Source: an uncultured Alphaproteobacteria bacterium (GTDB lineage: Bacteria; Pseudomonadota; Alphaproteobacteria; Rs-D84). From it: a DNA stretch of 64,000 nucleotides. A program made the position numbers and the translations under genes. The first letter of the stretch is position 1. Each line of letters begins with the position of its first letter. Below the pieces are notes generated by a model. That model did no database searches. It was given only the letters and a program-made list of their open reading frames with translations, and had not been told where the DNA came from. The stretch is from positions 23,371 through 87,370 of the forward strand of contig CARVLU010000004.1 in NCBI GenBank assembly GCA_949082785.1, read 5' to 3'. Positions 54,683 to 64,000 of this stretch are shown here, piece by piece.

Positions 54683-57600
54683 ATTCTTGCGCTTTTTAGA
54701 CTTGCGTTTGAATTTCTGGCGCATCCCTTCCAACAAGAAGAACAGCGCCGGCGTCAATGTGAATGTCCAAATCAAACTGGCCAACATACCGCCAATCATA
54801 ACCGCGGCCATGGCGACCTTGGTTCCATCGGTACTCCACATCTGGGGCAACATCCCGGTGATAACCGCAATCGACGTCATCAGAACCATGTTCTTTTTTT
54901 CCGTCAATTCCGTCCACAGCGCCACGCGCGGCACCGCGCCATTGGCAATGCGGGCGATTGTCGGTTCCAACACCAGAATGTTGTTGTTCACAACCAACCC
55001 AACCAACATAACGAACGCCATCATCGCGCCGACATTCATCGTCGCCCCCGACAGGAACATGATAATAAACACGCCTGCGAAACTGGTGATAATCGATGTT
55101 GCAATGGTGAACGGATGAACCAAAGAATTCAAAATCGCCGCCAACAACATGAATGTCAATATGGTCGCCAGCAAGAACGCCTTGCCGATTTCACCGGCGG
55201 TTTCGCTTTGCGTTTCCGACATCCCGCCAAATTCGGCGTGGTAACCCGGTTTCCAATCCATCGCGTCCAATCCGGCCTGAATCTTTTGCTGGACCGGGCC
55301 CATGGTGGATTTACCGATATTGATATCGATTTCAGTAATACGCGTTTTGTTCAAACGGTTGATGTTTGGTGTTGCGGGCAAACTTTTGATTTCACCCAAT
55401 TGCGACAATGCAACCATCCCCTTTTGCGAATTGACATAGACGTTGTCAAACATCGACGCGTTTTTGAACGATTTGTCGAATTCCAAAACAATGGGATATT
55501 CTTCGCCGCGTTCTTTGTACTTGTAATCATCATTGCCGTACAGTGCCGCGCGCAGTGTTGCCCCCGCGTACGAATTCTGGACACCCCACGAATTCATTTT
55601 CGCCTGGTCGGGGATGAACTGAATTTCATCATTGGGTGATGGAACCGCCAGAACGGCCGTCTGAACTTCTGGGATTTGGTTAATCATATCCAGAATCTGG
55701 GCCGCGTACGCGTCACGCGTCGCATCATCATCGCCATAGATGTTCAACACCATATCCGATGTCTGGGACGAAGACATGCCCGCCCCGGCCTTTATCTGGA
55801 ATTCGGCATCGGGAATTTCCGACAGTTTCGGCAAAATCTGGCGCGCCAATTCTTTGTCGGATGTTCGGCGCGGATTACCCAAATCGGCCAATTCCAATTT
55901 AACGGTGATGTTTTGCAAACCGCGTTCCCCGATTTTGACGGTGGTCGCCGTGACATCCGGGAATTCTTTCAAAACATCTTCGACCTGGGCCGCGATAGAC
56001 ACAGATTTTTCATATGTCGCCCCCATCGGCGCACGCGCCGTGATGGTGATTTCGTTGGTGTCGGTTGCCGGCGAAAATTCGTTACCCACGAATTTCATCA
56101 GCATCGACGACGCAATCAGAATCGCAAACGCCCCCAACACCACGCGACCGGGATGGCGGAACTGATAATCGAACCACTGGCGCAGCGGGGTTTTATCCAC
56201 GACAACGGTCTGGGTGGTGTCGATTTTCTGGGGCTTGGGTTCACGAATGCGCAAGAATTGTGCAATCATCATCGGCGCCAGTGTGAACGAAAACATCAGC
56301 GACAACAATGTCAGATACACAACGGTCATCCCGAATTGCGACATGAACTGGCCGGCAATCCCGCCCATAAACGCCAACGGCAAGAACACAACGACGTTGG
56401 TCCCGACGCCCGCCAAAACGGAAACGGCAACCTTTTTCGTACCGTCAACCGCCGCGCGCTGCGGATTTTTCCCGTTGTTCATTTCCTGTAACGCGGATTC
56501 GATTAAGATAATCGCATTGGACACCAACGTCCCCAGTGCCGACGAATACGCCAGCAAAGTCATCGCATTAATGGTGAACCCACTGCCGTCCATGAAAAAG
56601 AATCCCGCAATCAACGACGCCGGAATCACCGCGCCCGCGATAATTGTGGACCGCCAGTTGCGTGTAAAGACCAGCAACACCAAAACCGTAAAGATAATCC
56701 CCAGGATGATGCCGTAAATGGTGCTGTACGTTTCTTCGGCGATGGATGTGGACGAATCCGACACAATCGACATTTCCGCACCCGGGAAACGGGATTGCAT
56801 ATCGGCCTGGAACGCGGGCAATTTTTCGCGCAGTGCGGACGAAATCTTAATCGCGTTACCGTCGTCTGCCTTGACCACGGATGCAACGACGACATCTTCA
56901 CCCTTGTACCGGGCGCCGTTTTCAATATCGCGCGCGGCATCCACCACGGTTGCAATATCGGAAATGCGGAATTTTTGCCCTTCCATTGTGACGATTTGCA
57001 AATTGCGAATGTCATCGACCGATGCGAATTCCCCGATAAAGCGTACGTTGGACGACGTCACCGCGCTTTCGATTTTACCGCCCGGCACGTTCAAATTCTT
57101 GCTGCCCAGCGCAGACACCACGTCCATAATCGTCACGCCGCGCGCCGCCATCAGTTCCGGGTCCATCTGGATACGAACCGCACGTTCGCGCCCACCGAAC
57201 ACGGACACACTGGCAACCCCGTTGATGGCGGTGATTTTATTCGACAGATTGTTGTCCACATATTCTTCCAAATCACGTGCATCGGCGCCGCGCAACACGA
57301 TATCGACAACCGATTCCTGTAACGGATTTAATTTTTCAACAACGGGCTGCTTTAACGCGTCGGGAAATTCGGACCCCAATGCGTCAATTTTGGTTTTGAC
57401 TTCGGCGGCCTTGTCATTAACATTGACCCCCAGGTTAAATTCAGCCATCACATACCCGCCGTTTTCGAACGCCTGGGACGTGATTTTTTTCAAACCGGCG
57501 ACTTCGGAAATGGCGTCTTCAGCTTTCTTAATGACCTGGGATTCGATTTCGGACGGCGCCGCACCCGGATACACAAAGTTCGCCGTCACCATCGGGAAAT

Positions 57601-57715
57601 CCAGCGACGGGGTTCGTTCAATGTTCATCTTTGGGAACGATACCAGCCCCAACACAACCCAGAACATAACAAACATCAGGGTTGTAATCGGTCTGCGTAC
57701 AAAAAAGTTTAACAT
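54680..57715 (-). CDS. RND (HAE1) multidrug efflux permease, AcrB/MexB-like
   Basis: 1011 aa, 12 TM with two large periplasmic loops; MLNFFVRRPITTLMFVMFWVVLGLVSF N-terminus typical of AcrB family. Confidence 0.9.
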   Translation of the reverse strand: MLNFFVRRPITTLMFVMFWVVLGLVSFPKMNIERTPSLDFPMVTANFVYPGAAPSEIESQVIKKAEDAISEVAGLKKITSQAFENGGYVMAEFNLGVNVNDKAAEVKTKIDALGSEFPDALKQPVVEKLNPLQESVVDIVLRGADARDLEEYVDNNLSNKITAINGVASVSVFGGRERAVRIQMDPELMAARGVTIMDVVSALGSKNLNVPGGKIESAVTSSNVRFIGEFASVDDIRNLQIVTMEGQKFRISDIATVVDAARDIENGARYKGEDVVVASVVKADDGNAIKISSALREKLPAFQADMQSRFPGAEMSIVSDSSTSIAEETYSTIYGIILGIIFTVLVLLVFTRNWRSTIIAGAVIPASLIAGFFFMDGSGFTINAMTLLAYSSALGTLVSNAIILIESALQEMNNGKNPQRAAVDGTKKVAVSVLAGVGTNVVVFLPLAFMGGIAGQFMSQFGMTVVYLTLLSLMFSFTLAPMMIAQFLRIREPKPQKIDTTQTVVVDKTPLRQWFDYQFRHPGRVVLGAFAILIASSMLMKFVGNEFSPATDTNEITITARAPMGATYEKSVSIAAQVEDVLKEFPDVTATTVKIGERGLQNITVKLELADLGNPRRTSDKELARQILPKLSEIPDAEFQIKAGAGMSSSQTSDMVLNIYGDDDATRDAYAAQILDMINQIPEVQTAVLAVPSPNDEIQFIPDQAKMNSWGVQNSYAGATLRAALYGNDDYKYKERGEEYPIVLEFDKSFKNASMFDNVYVNSQKGMVALSQLGEIKSLPATPNINRLNKTRITEIDINIGKSTMGPVQQKIQAGLDAMDWKPGYHAEFGGMSETQSETAGEIGKAFLLATILTFMLLAAILNSLVHPFTIATSIITSFAGVFIIMFLSGATMNVGAMMAFVMLVGLVVNNNILVLEPTIARIANGAVPRVALWTELTEKKNMVLMTSIAVITGMLPQMWSTDGTKVAMAAVMIGGMLASLIWTFTLTPALFFLLEGMRQKFKRKSKKRKN

Positions 57716-57752
57716 TTATTTTCTCCTATCCTTGGGATACTGATACACAGAT

Positions 57753-58373
57753 TTATTTTTTCAGACGGACTTTGTCGCCATCGGCCACCTGGGTCGTGAT
57801 GACGATATCACCGTCATGAATACCGTCGGTTACAATGGCGTTTTCATTGTCGCGGCGTCCAACGGTCACGCGCACGGCGCGCGCCACACCATTGTCATAC
57901 ACCATGACCGCGTTGCCATGAATGGCGTGCACCGGAACAAAGTGGCCGGTCACCCGATATTCGACAAAATTCAGACCATCGGCCACGCCGCGCGTGCGCA
58001 CCACGTGCATCCCGGTGTCCAGGTCGATATTCTGGGCGACCGACACGATGACACCATCGCCCACGGATTGCCCCGGCTTAAAATGCGACAAACGGGCACC
58101 CGACACCAACGCGCGGTTGTTTTTGACAGTCAACGGTTCACGCAGTACGTCCGCCCGGCGTTCCATTTTAACCGTGTCCACAACAACACCGTTTGTCGCC
58201 GCGTCGCGCGCCGGATTAAACACGACCATTCGGTTTTGCACCCCAACCATGGCAAAGCGGAAAATCACCCACGCCGCCAGCAAGACCACGCCCGCCGCAT
58301 ACATTCTTTTTTTGGTGCGCGGACGGCGAATCCACACACTGAAACGTTTTAATTTTTCCTGAAAATCATTCAT
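57753..58373 (-). CDS. short RND periplasmic adaptor-like protein (membrane anchor + beta-barrel/MP domains only)
   Basis: 206 aa. N-terminal TM, then sequence resembling the C-terminal beta-barrel and membrane-proximal domains of AcrA/HlyD-type adaptors. No coiled-coil hairpin or lipoyl segment. Confidence 0.6.
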   Translation of the reverse strand: MNDFQEKLKRFSVWIRRPRTKKRMYAAGVVLLAAWVIFRFAMVGVQNRMVVFNPARDAATNGVVVDTVKMERRADVLREPLTVKNNRALVSGARLSHFKPGQSVGDGVIVSVAQNIDLDTGMHVVRTRGVADGLNFVEYRVTGHFVPVHAIHGNAVMVYDNGVARAVRVTVGRRDNENAIVTDGIHDGDIVITTQVADGDKVRLKK

Positions 58374-58376
58374 GAC

Positions 58377-59708
58377 TTATTCCCCTATTTTCTTTACCGA
58401 TTCCGCGGCCATGACAATTTTGTATTTCGAATTCAGCAACGCCATATCCAACTGATACAGCCCCGCCGACGCTTCGGACAGTTCGATGGCAGATGTCTGA
58501 CCGGCGGCAAAACGTTCCTGGGAAAATCTGTACGCTTTGGCGGCCAAATTGCGCGCTTCTTGTAATTTGTCCATGTTCCCGCGCAAATGGTTATAAGACA
58601 AAACCGCGTTGTTATATTCTTCGGTTTTTAACTTCTTGGACTTGTCCAAATCCTGGCGGGCGGCTTCGGCATCCATGGCGTCAATGGTTGCATTTGCACG
58701 CACGGCACCACCGCTGAAAATCGGCAATTGCAGTGCCAGCCCCCAGTATGCAGATTGCGACCCACTGCGTTCGAACATGGTATCATATTCGGGCCCCATC
58801 GCGATAAAGCTGTACGATGCGGTCGCCGCCAACGTCGGCAGATAACCCGCACGTGACGATTTCGCCTTGGCTTCGTACATTTTAATCTGCTGGTTTAAAA
58901 TGTCCCATTCGGGCGTGTTCTTTAACCCGCCCGCATTCAGCGCCCCAAACGACGCCGGGAAATTGTCGGTCAATGTGATGTCCGTATCCATATCAATCCC
59001 GGCCAGAATTTTCAGCATTCTGTACGCGGTGTCGCGATTAAATTCGGCATCGGACAAATTGATTTCTTTGGCCGCGATATCCGATTCAATTTTGACCAGA
59101 TTGGCACGCGATGCACGCCCCGCCGCCCCCAAATTGCGCCGCGCGTCACGGGCATCACGCAAATCGGCCGCAGAAATGCGAACGATTTCGTCGGTCATTT
59201 TGGCGGTCCAATAAACGTTGGCCGCACTGTAACGCACTTCGCGTAATGTCAATTCACGGCTGGATTCCGACATTTTGATGGCGGATTTCACACTTTTGAC
59301 CGCGTTGCCGATTTTGCCGAATGTATAAATCGGCTGGGACACACTGACGCCCATCATCAAGATGTTGTCGGGAATTTCAATATGCACCGATTGATTTTTC
59401 AACGTATCAGAAATCAGCCCCCCCAACGCCGGCGGCAAATCCACCCCGGACGATTTGGATGGGTTTTCAACGTTAATCATGTTCATGTACGTGGCCGACC
59501 CATCGATTTTAAACCACCGATTGGCATTTGCGGCGGTCAGTTGGGCCTGGGCCTTTTTCAAATTGGCGTCGGCCTTTTTCATATCTTGGGATTCGGCGAC
59601 AATTTTATCAATCGCGTCATTCAAAGACAAATCCAGCGCATATGCCCCCGGGCACACAAACACCGCCCCCAGCATTCCCATCATTGTCCAGCTTTTTAAA
59701 TTAAGCAT
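58377..59708 (-). CDS. TolC-family outer membrane efflux protein
   Basis: Signal peptide; two tandem repeats of the outer membrane factor coiled-coil/beta structure; 443 aa. Confidence 0.85.
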   Translation of the reverse strand: MLNLKSWTMMGMLGAVFVCPGAYALDLSLNDAIDKIVAESQDMKKADANLKKAQAQLTAANANRWFKIDGSATYMNMINVENPSKSSGVDLPPALGGLISDTLKNQSVHIEIPDNILMMGVSVSQPIYTFGKIGNAVKSVKSAIKMSESSRELTLREVRYSAANVYWTAKMTDEIVRISAADLRDARDARRNLGAAGRASRANLVKIESDIAAKEINLSDAEFNRDTAYRMLKILAGIDMDTDITLTDNFPASFGALNAGGLKNTPEWDILNQQIKMYEAKAKSSRAGYLPTLAATASYSFIAMGPEYDTMFERSGSQSAYWGLALQLPIFSGGAVRANATIDAMDAEAARQDLDKSKKLKTEEYNNAVLSYNHLRGNMDKLQEARNLAAKAYRFSQERFAAGQTSAIELSEASAGLYQLDMALLNSKYKIVMAAESVKKIGE

Positions 59709-60150
59709 TATCCAACTCCATCTTTTGTAATACTTCCTTTAATGCTCGCAGCGCCGATGTCAACTTGACCTCTTCGGCGTCCGGCAAATTCGAAAACAGT
59801 TGTTCAATATGACTTTGGAAATTTTCCATGGCGACAACGGCGACCTTTTCCCCCTTGGGCGTGACGGCGTACCACACGTTGCGGCGGTCATTTTCATCAA
59901 TTTCGCGCACCAGTAATCCGTCACGTTCCAGTTTACGAAACGCGGCGCACAAATTCGGCGCAGACACCATTTCACGACGTGCGATATCTTTTAATCGGCC
60001 CCGCCCCCCCATGTGCACACGCATCAATATTCGCAGCAACTGGCGCGGATAGCCCGACAGATGCGTCGGTTCAATACGCATTTTGCCCGCCAACCGGTCC
60101 AGTGTGATGATATTGTCTTGCATCAAATGAATAAATTCCTTGCGCGGCAT
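59701..60150 (-). CDS. MarR family transcriptional regulator
   Basis: Winged HTH (...LSGYPRQLLRILMRVHMGGRGRLKDIARREMVSAPNLCAAFRKLERDGLLVRE..). First gene of the efflux operon. Confidence 0.8.
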   Translation of the reverse strand: MPRKEFIHLMQDNIITLDRLAGKMRIEPTHLSGYPRQLLRILMRVHMGGRGRLKDIARREMVSAPNLCAAFRKLERDGLLVREIDENDRRNVWYAVTPKGEKVAVVAMENFQSHIEQLFSNLPDAEEVKLTSALRALKEVLQKMELDNA

Positions 60151-60322
60151 TTAAATCTCCTTTATAATAAGAGAGTCCTAATAATTATTAAAAACGCGAA
60201 TAATTATATATTTTAATGATTTAAATGCAAGCGGAAATTTGAATAAATTTCTATTTTTTTAACGGGCGGCAATTTTTGTTATTGCAAAACCGGGACAAAT
60301 AATTATAATCATTGATGCTTTT

Positions 60323-60396
60323 TGGGGTGTCGTCTAATGGTAGGACAAGAGATTTTGGTTCTCTTTATCATGGTTCGAATCCGTGCGCCCCAACCA
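60323..60396 (+). tRNA. tRNA-Gln (anticodon UUG)
   Basis: TGGGGTGTCGTCTAATGGTAGGACAAGAGATTTTGGTTCTCTTTATCATGGTTCGAATCCGTGCGCCCCAACCA folds as cloverleaf; 5' U as in bacterial tRNA-Gln. Confidence 0.85.
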
Positions 60397-60404
60397 GTTT
60401 TATA

Positions 60405-60431
60405 AAAATCGCCCCGTTGGGGCGTTTTTTA
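60405..60431 (+). terminator. intrinsic terminator after tRNA-Gln
   Basis: aaaaa tcgccccgttggggcg tttttt. Confidence 0.6.
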
Positions 60432-60679
60432 TAAAATGATGCGCCACGCGGATTGTAATCGTCCGTTTCACACGATTACTGCAAAACGTTATTAACGTTT
60501 TGTACGTGTTTGGCAAAACCTATGATTTTCCCAAACACTAGTGGGGACATCCCCACTCCCCTGTGTGCGCCCCAACCAATAATTCAACCGGCGGTTCTGC
60601 CGGTTTAATTTTTGGAATCGGGGGCTTAGACGACAAACACAATAAAATTAATACCGCACGTCGGCGGTTGTAATTTTAT

Positions 60680-60754
60680 TGGCAGTCCCAACGGGAATCG
60701 AACCCGTGTTATCAGGATGAGAACCTGGTGTCCTGACCGCTAGACGATGGGACC
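60680..60754 (-). tRNA. tRNA-Glu (anticodon CUC)
   Basis: GGTCCCATCGTCTAGCGGTCAGGACACCAGGTTCTCATCCTGATAACACGGGTTCGATTCCCGTTGGGACTGCCA. One C-A mismatch in the anticodon stem. Confidence 0.8.
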
Positions 60755-60775
60755 AAAAGAACGTTTGTTATTTTA

Positions 60776-61513
60776 TCACTTTTTCTGGGACGCATCATAT
60801 AATTTTTTGTATTCCGCGCGCACCGCCGCCATCAATTCACGCGCCGGGCTGCGTTGGTCCCAATCCAGCAAATGCGAAAAATCACCGAACGCGCAATCTT
60901 CCCAATCGATAAAGGCAACGATGTCCCACGTTTTCAGATTGATGATAAAGTTATCGCAAATATCCCCCTGGCACCAGCCGCACATGTACCCGGGCCGCAT
61001 ATTGGGCCGGGGCTTTAAATCACGGATTTCGACCGGGTCACAACGCGCGACATCAAACAGGAACCGTGCCACCTGGCGGGCCAATTTGTTTTTGTGGCGC
61101 AACACATCCGCCACCGGCAATTGACGCATTGTCTTGCCCGGGATTAAATCATATTTACGCACCAGCATCCCGTTGTGGTTCAACATTTCAACGTTCGGGA
61201 TATACAGCGGCGACACCGACCGCAGCGCATCCGTCACGCGTTTTTCACGCATGGCCAATTCACGATAATTATCGCGCCGCAATGGAAATTTATAGATATA
61301 TTTGTCATTAACACCAATCAACAGACTGCGGGCCTGGTACCCGATAAATGTCCGAAACCGCCGGATTTTGACGCCCAAATCCGCCCGGACAAAGCGCAAA
61401 TACGACATCACCGGCGAATTCAGCAACACACGCAGTTTTTTGCGGTCATCTTTGTTATAGACGCATCCACAGATAATATTTGTAACAAAATGTCTGATGG
61501 GTTGTTTTGACAT
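60776..61513 (-). CDS. aminoglycoside/choline-kinase-like phosphotransferase family protein
   Basis: GWCQGDICDNFII resembles the HGDxxxxN catalytic loop of APH/ChoK-type kinases; ...IDWEDCAFGD is a DxD-like metal site. ATG at 61513. Confidence 0.6.
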   Translation of the reverse strand: MSKQPIRHFVTNIICGCVYNKDDRKKLRVLLNSPVMSYLRFVRADLGVKIRRFRTFIGYQARSLLIGVNDKYIYKFPLRRDNYRELAMREKRVTDALRSVSPLYIPNVEMLNHNGMLVRKYDLIPGKTMRQLPVADVLRHKNKLARQVARFLFDVARCDPVEIRDLKPRPNMRPGYMCGWCQGDICDNFIINLKTWDIVAFIDWEDCAFGDFSHLLDWDQRSPARELMAAVRAEYKKLYDASQKK

Positions 61514-61629
61514 AGCACGTTCAGCGTACCCCACATTTATCCCCCCCGCAAGGAAAACTTTCATCACCCAAAAATAAAAGATTGCGCATTAAAATCTTTG
61601 AATTATAGTACAGCCAAAGGATTAAGCCA

Positions 61630-62178
61630 ATGACAACACCGCAAAAATTACTGCTGACATGGGCGCTGCTGATTATGGGGTCGTGCGGGCACAAATCGGA
61701 TGCCCAGACGAATTTGTCCGATGTGAACGACCAAATCGCCCTGACGCGCACGAACATCCGCGCCATCCGCGATGCAAACCGGCGCGGGATTGCACGCACA
61801 CTGGACAGAAATTCGGATTACAAATACACGGTTGAAAACCGCACGCGGGTGGACAGTCTGCGCACGGCAAACGCCGATATTATCCGACGCGCATGCCAGT
61901 GTGCACGCGCCACCGCGGTATTTACCATTGTACCGAACAATTCCATGGTCTTTCACCAATATTCCCACGTGCCGTCCGTTCGCAGTTTGCGCACATCATA
62001 CGAATTGAACCAGGACGACATCAAAAGATACGAACGCCACGCGTCCAAGACCGACGGTTTTGAACGCCGCGTAAAAAATCATTACGACAGCATTATGTAC
62101 GCCGACCTGGCGGTGGCGCATGCGCGGTTGGATTCACTGTTGAATGTAAAGCATCAATTAATCATTAATTCCCGTTAA
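61630..62178 (+). CDS. hypothetical lipoprotein
   Basis: Lipobox LLIMGSCG after an N-terminal hydrophobic segment. No family recognised. Confidence 0.5.
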   Translation: MTTPQKLLLTWALLIMGSCGHKSDAQTNLSDVNDQIALTRTNIRAIRDANRRGIARTLDRNSDYKYTVENRTRVDSLRTANADIIRRACQCARATAVFTIVPNNSMVFHQYSHVPSVRSLRTSYELNQDDIKRYERHASKTDGFERRVKNHYDSIMYADLAVAHARLDSLLNVKHQLIINSR

Positions 62179-62204
62179 AAAAACGCCCCGTTGGGCGTTT
62201 TTTA
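62177..62204. terminator. bidirectional intrinsic terminator
   Basis: aaaaaaa cgccccgttgggcg ttttttatt, nearly the same hairpin as at 60405-60431. Confidence 0.6.
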
Positions 62205-62612
62205 TTATGACAGCAAACGTTGCGCCGATTCCAGCAATCCAATTGCGCGGTTGATTTCCGCGACGTCGGCGCGGGGCGCCGGGGCGGCCGGGACGATTGG
62301 TGCAACCGGACCCACCGGCGAATCATTTGCAACGTCCGGGCGGCGCAACAAATCGGACGCATTTTCCGGGAAATTCCCATCACGCAGCAATTTTTTCACA
62401 CCCGCGATTGTCATCCCATGACTGTACAGCAATTCTTTGATAACGGTCAGACGCGCGACCGTTTCCGCGCGGTAATACCGGCGCCCACCCGCCCCCGTCG
62501 TGGGCCGAATGGCGACCGGGAATTGCTTTTCCCAGTAACGCAACGTATGTGCCGGCACCCCCAGTTGGACCGACACATCGTTAATAGATGAAAAAAATTC
62601 ATTATTGTTCAT
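62205..62612 (-). CDS. MerR family transcriptional regulator
   Basis: N-terminal MerR-type HTH (FSSINDVSVQLGVPAHTLRYWEKQFPVAIRPTTGAGGRRYYRAETV). Confidence 0.8.
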   Translation of the reverse strand: MNNNEFFSSINDVSVQLGVPAHTLRYWEKQFPVAIRPTTGAGGRRYYRAETVARLTVIKELLYSHGMTIAGVKKLLRDGNFPENASDLLRRPDVANDSPVGPVAPIVPAAPAPRADVAEINRAIGLLESAQRLLS

Positions 62613-64000
62613 CTGTCACCTGTTGATTTTCGGCCATCGCATCGGCATCCGTATCCACGACATCGGCTTCTGCGGCGCTGTCGTCGCGCACGATGGAAAT
62701 GGCGGACACAACCTTTTCATTTTCGGCCGTCCGGAACAGTGTTACCCCCGCCGTTGCGCGACCCGCAATGCGAACGTCACCCACGGGCGTGCGAATAATC
62801 TTGCCCCCGTCGGTTACCATAATGATATCCTGGTCGTCTGTCACTGGGAAAGAACCCGCAACGGCCGTGTTTTTCCCGCCCAGTTTAATGTTGGTGAACC
62901 CGCCGCCCCCACGATGGGTGATGCGGTATTCATAACTGCTGGTGCGTTTGCCATATCCGTTTTCAGAAATGGTCAAGATGAACTGTTCGGCCGCGGCCAT
63001 TTCGGCCATCTTGGCATCGTCCAGGGTCAGTGTTGTTGCTTCTTCTTCTCCGTCGGCTTCTTCTTCGATTCCGGTCGCCGCGCGGCGCAGTGCGCGTGAT
63101 TGTTTTATATACGCACTGCGGACTGCGGAATCGGCTTCGCCATGGTTCAGCATGGCCATACCGATGATGCGGTCATCCGCCCCCAGTGTCATCCCGCGCA
63201 CCCCGGTCGAATTACGTCCGGCAAAGATACGAATTTCCGGCACCGGGAAACGGATGCACCGCCCGCGATATGTTGACAGGAACACATCCTGGTCTTCGCT
63301 GCACGGCAATACGGAAATCAGACTGTCGCCTTCGTCCAGTTTCATGGCGATTTTCCCGTTTGTGCGGATGGAATCGAAATCAGACATACGGTTGCGGCGC
63401 ACGGTCCCGGACGCGGTTGCAAACATCAAGAAATGTTCTTTGCCCGATTCTGCGACGCGCTGCATATCTTCGTCCGACACCGGCAGAATAGCTGTAATTA
63501 CCTCTCCGTTTTCCAGCGGCAACAAATTGACCAGCGGGCGCCCCTTGGCTGCGGCGGCAGCTTCGGGTAATTTATATGTTTTTAATTTGTAACAAATCCC
63601 CTTGGAACTGAAAAACAGCAACGGCGTGTGGGTATTTGCAACGAACACCTGCACGACATAGTCATCGTCTTTGGTGCTCATGGCGTTGCGTCCCTTGCCG
63701 CCGCGTTTCTGCGCGCGATATGTATCCAGGGATACGCGTTTGATATAACCTGTGTTGGTGACGGTGACGACCATGTCTTCGCGCGCAATCAAGTCTTCGA
63801 TATCGATATCGATTTCCGCATCGGAAATTTCTGTGCGGCGATCACTGGCCCAGCTGTCGCGGACGGCGGCGGTTTCATCGCGGATGATTTGAACGATGCG
63901 TTCATAACTGCCCAAAATATCCAACAGATCTTTGATAACCGCGCCCAAATCGACCAAGTCATTATGAATCTTGTCGCGTTCCAACCCAGTCAGTCTGTGC
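62602..64000 (-). CDS. gyrA: DNA gyrase subunit A, C-terminal portion (5' end beyond window)
   Basis: ...ERDKIHNDLVDLGAVIKDLLDILGSYERIVQIIRDE.. (end of the coiled-coil/tower), then beta-pinwheel C-terminal domain repeats and an acidic tail (DTDADAMAENQQVTDEQ). Confidence 0.8.
   Translation of the reverse strand, partial: HRLTGLERDKIHNDLVDLGAVIKDLLDILGSYERIVQIIRDETAAVRDSWASDRRTEISDAEIDIDIEDLIAREDMVVTVTNTGYIKRVSLDTYRAQKRGGKGRNAMSTKDDDYVVQVFVANTHTPLLFFSSKGICYKLKTYKLPEAAAAAKGRPLVNLLPLENGEVITAILPVSDEDMQRVAESGKEHFLMFATASGTVRRNRMSDFDSIRTNGKIAMKLDEGDSLISVLPCSEDQDVFLSTYRGRCIRFPVPEIRIFAGRNSTGVRGMTLGADDRIIGMAMLNHGEADSAVRSAYIKQSRALRRAATGIEEEADGEEEATTLTLDDAKMAEMAAAEQFILTISENGYGKRTSSYEYRITHRGGGGFTNIKLGGKNTAVAGSFPVTDDQDIIMVTDGGKIIRTPVGDVRIAGRATAGVTLFRTAENEKVVSAISIVRDDSAAEADVVDTDADAMAENQQVTDEQ

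Noticed and set aside
55676-57743. Plus-strand ORFs within the RND permease gene (55676-56491, 56718-57743 and others)
   Set aside because: Antisense to the 1011 aa RND transporter; compositionally biased translations.
1-64000. CRISPR arrays, transposase genes or integrase genes
   Set aside because: I found no regularly spaced direct repeats with unique spacers and no recognisable transposase or integrase ORFs. The repeats present are the inverted duplication, the MITE-like element and the leader-RNA family.

Overview
The window is a 64 kb chromosomal segment that appears to come from an alphaproteobacterium. The evidence for that is a GapR/DUF2312 gene, a fabH-ihfA pair, a MerR-type regulator and a Rickettsiales-like virB8-virB9-virB10 block. 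Both strands are densely coding.

Conserved backbone: tRNA-Trp-secE-nusG-rplKAJL-rpoB-rpoC on the minus strand at 21.4-33.3 kb, then rpmF-plsX, fabH-ihfA, yidC-lspA, rsmA, recR, pyk, def-fmt-truA, comEC, rmuC, a marR-tolC-adaptor-RND efflux operon, and partial gyrA.

Accessory content:
(i) A surface-polysaccharide locus at 0.7-6.5 kb with wecB, four glycosyltransferases and a methyltransferase; its last glycosyltransferase gene is AT-rich. It is followed by an orphan phage tail-fibre-like gene.
(ii) A 4.8 kb island-like block at 13.0-17.9 kb abutting tRNA-Arg(CCU). It holds cysteine-rich secreted proteins, small HTH proteins, an orphan mraZ and a MerT-like protein.
(iii) A T4SS core module virB8-virB9-virB10 at 33.6-38.3 kb with unusual C-terminal additions and no ATPase genes.

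The most striking signal is a recurrent promoter-proximal structured leader RNA. It has a long-range GGTTGGAG / CTCCAACC helix followed directly by an intrinsic terminator, ending 15-30 nt before start codons. There are four copies, upstream of two paralogous HTH genes and two cysteine-rich secreted-protein genes.

Two of these copies lie in diverged (~95% identity) ~475 bp inverted repeats. These repeats bracket the fabH-ihfA segment, which is inverted relative to the canonical rpmF-plsX-fabH-ihfA order. Each repeat is adjacent to a copy of a ~105 bp MITE-like palindromic element.

No CRISPR array, integrase or transposase was seen.
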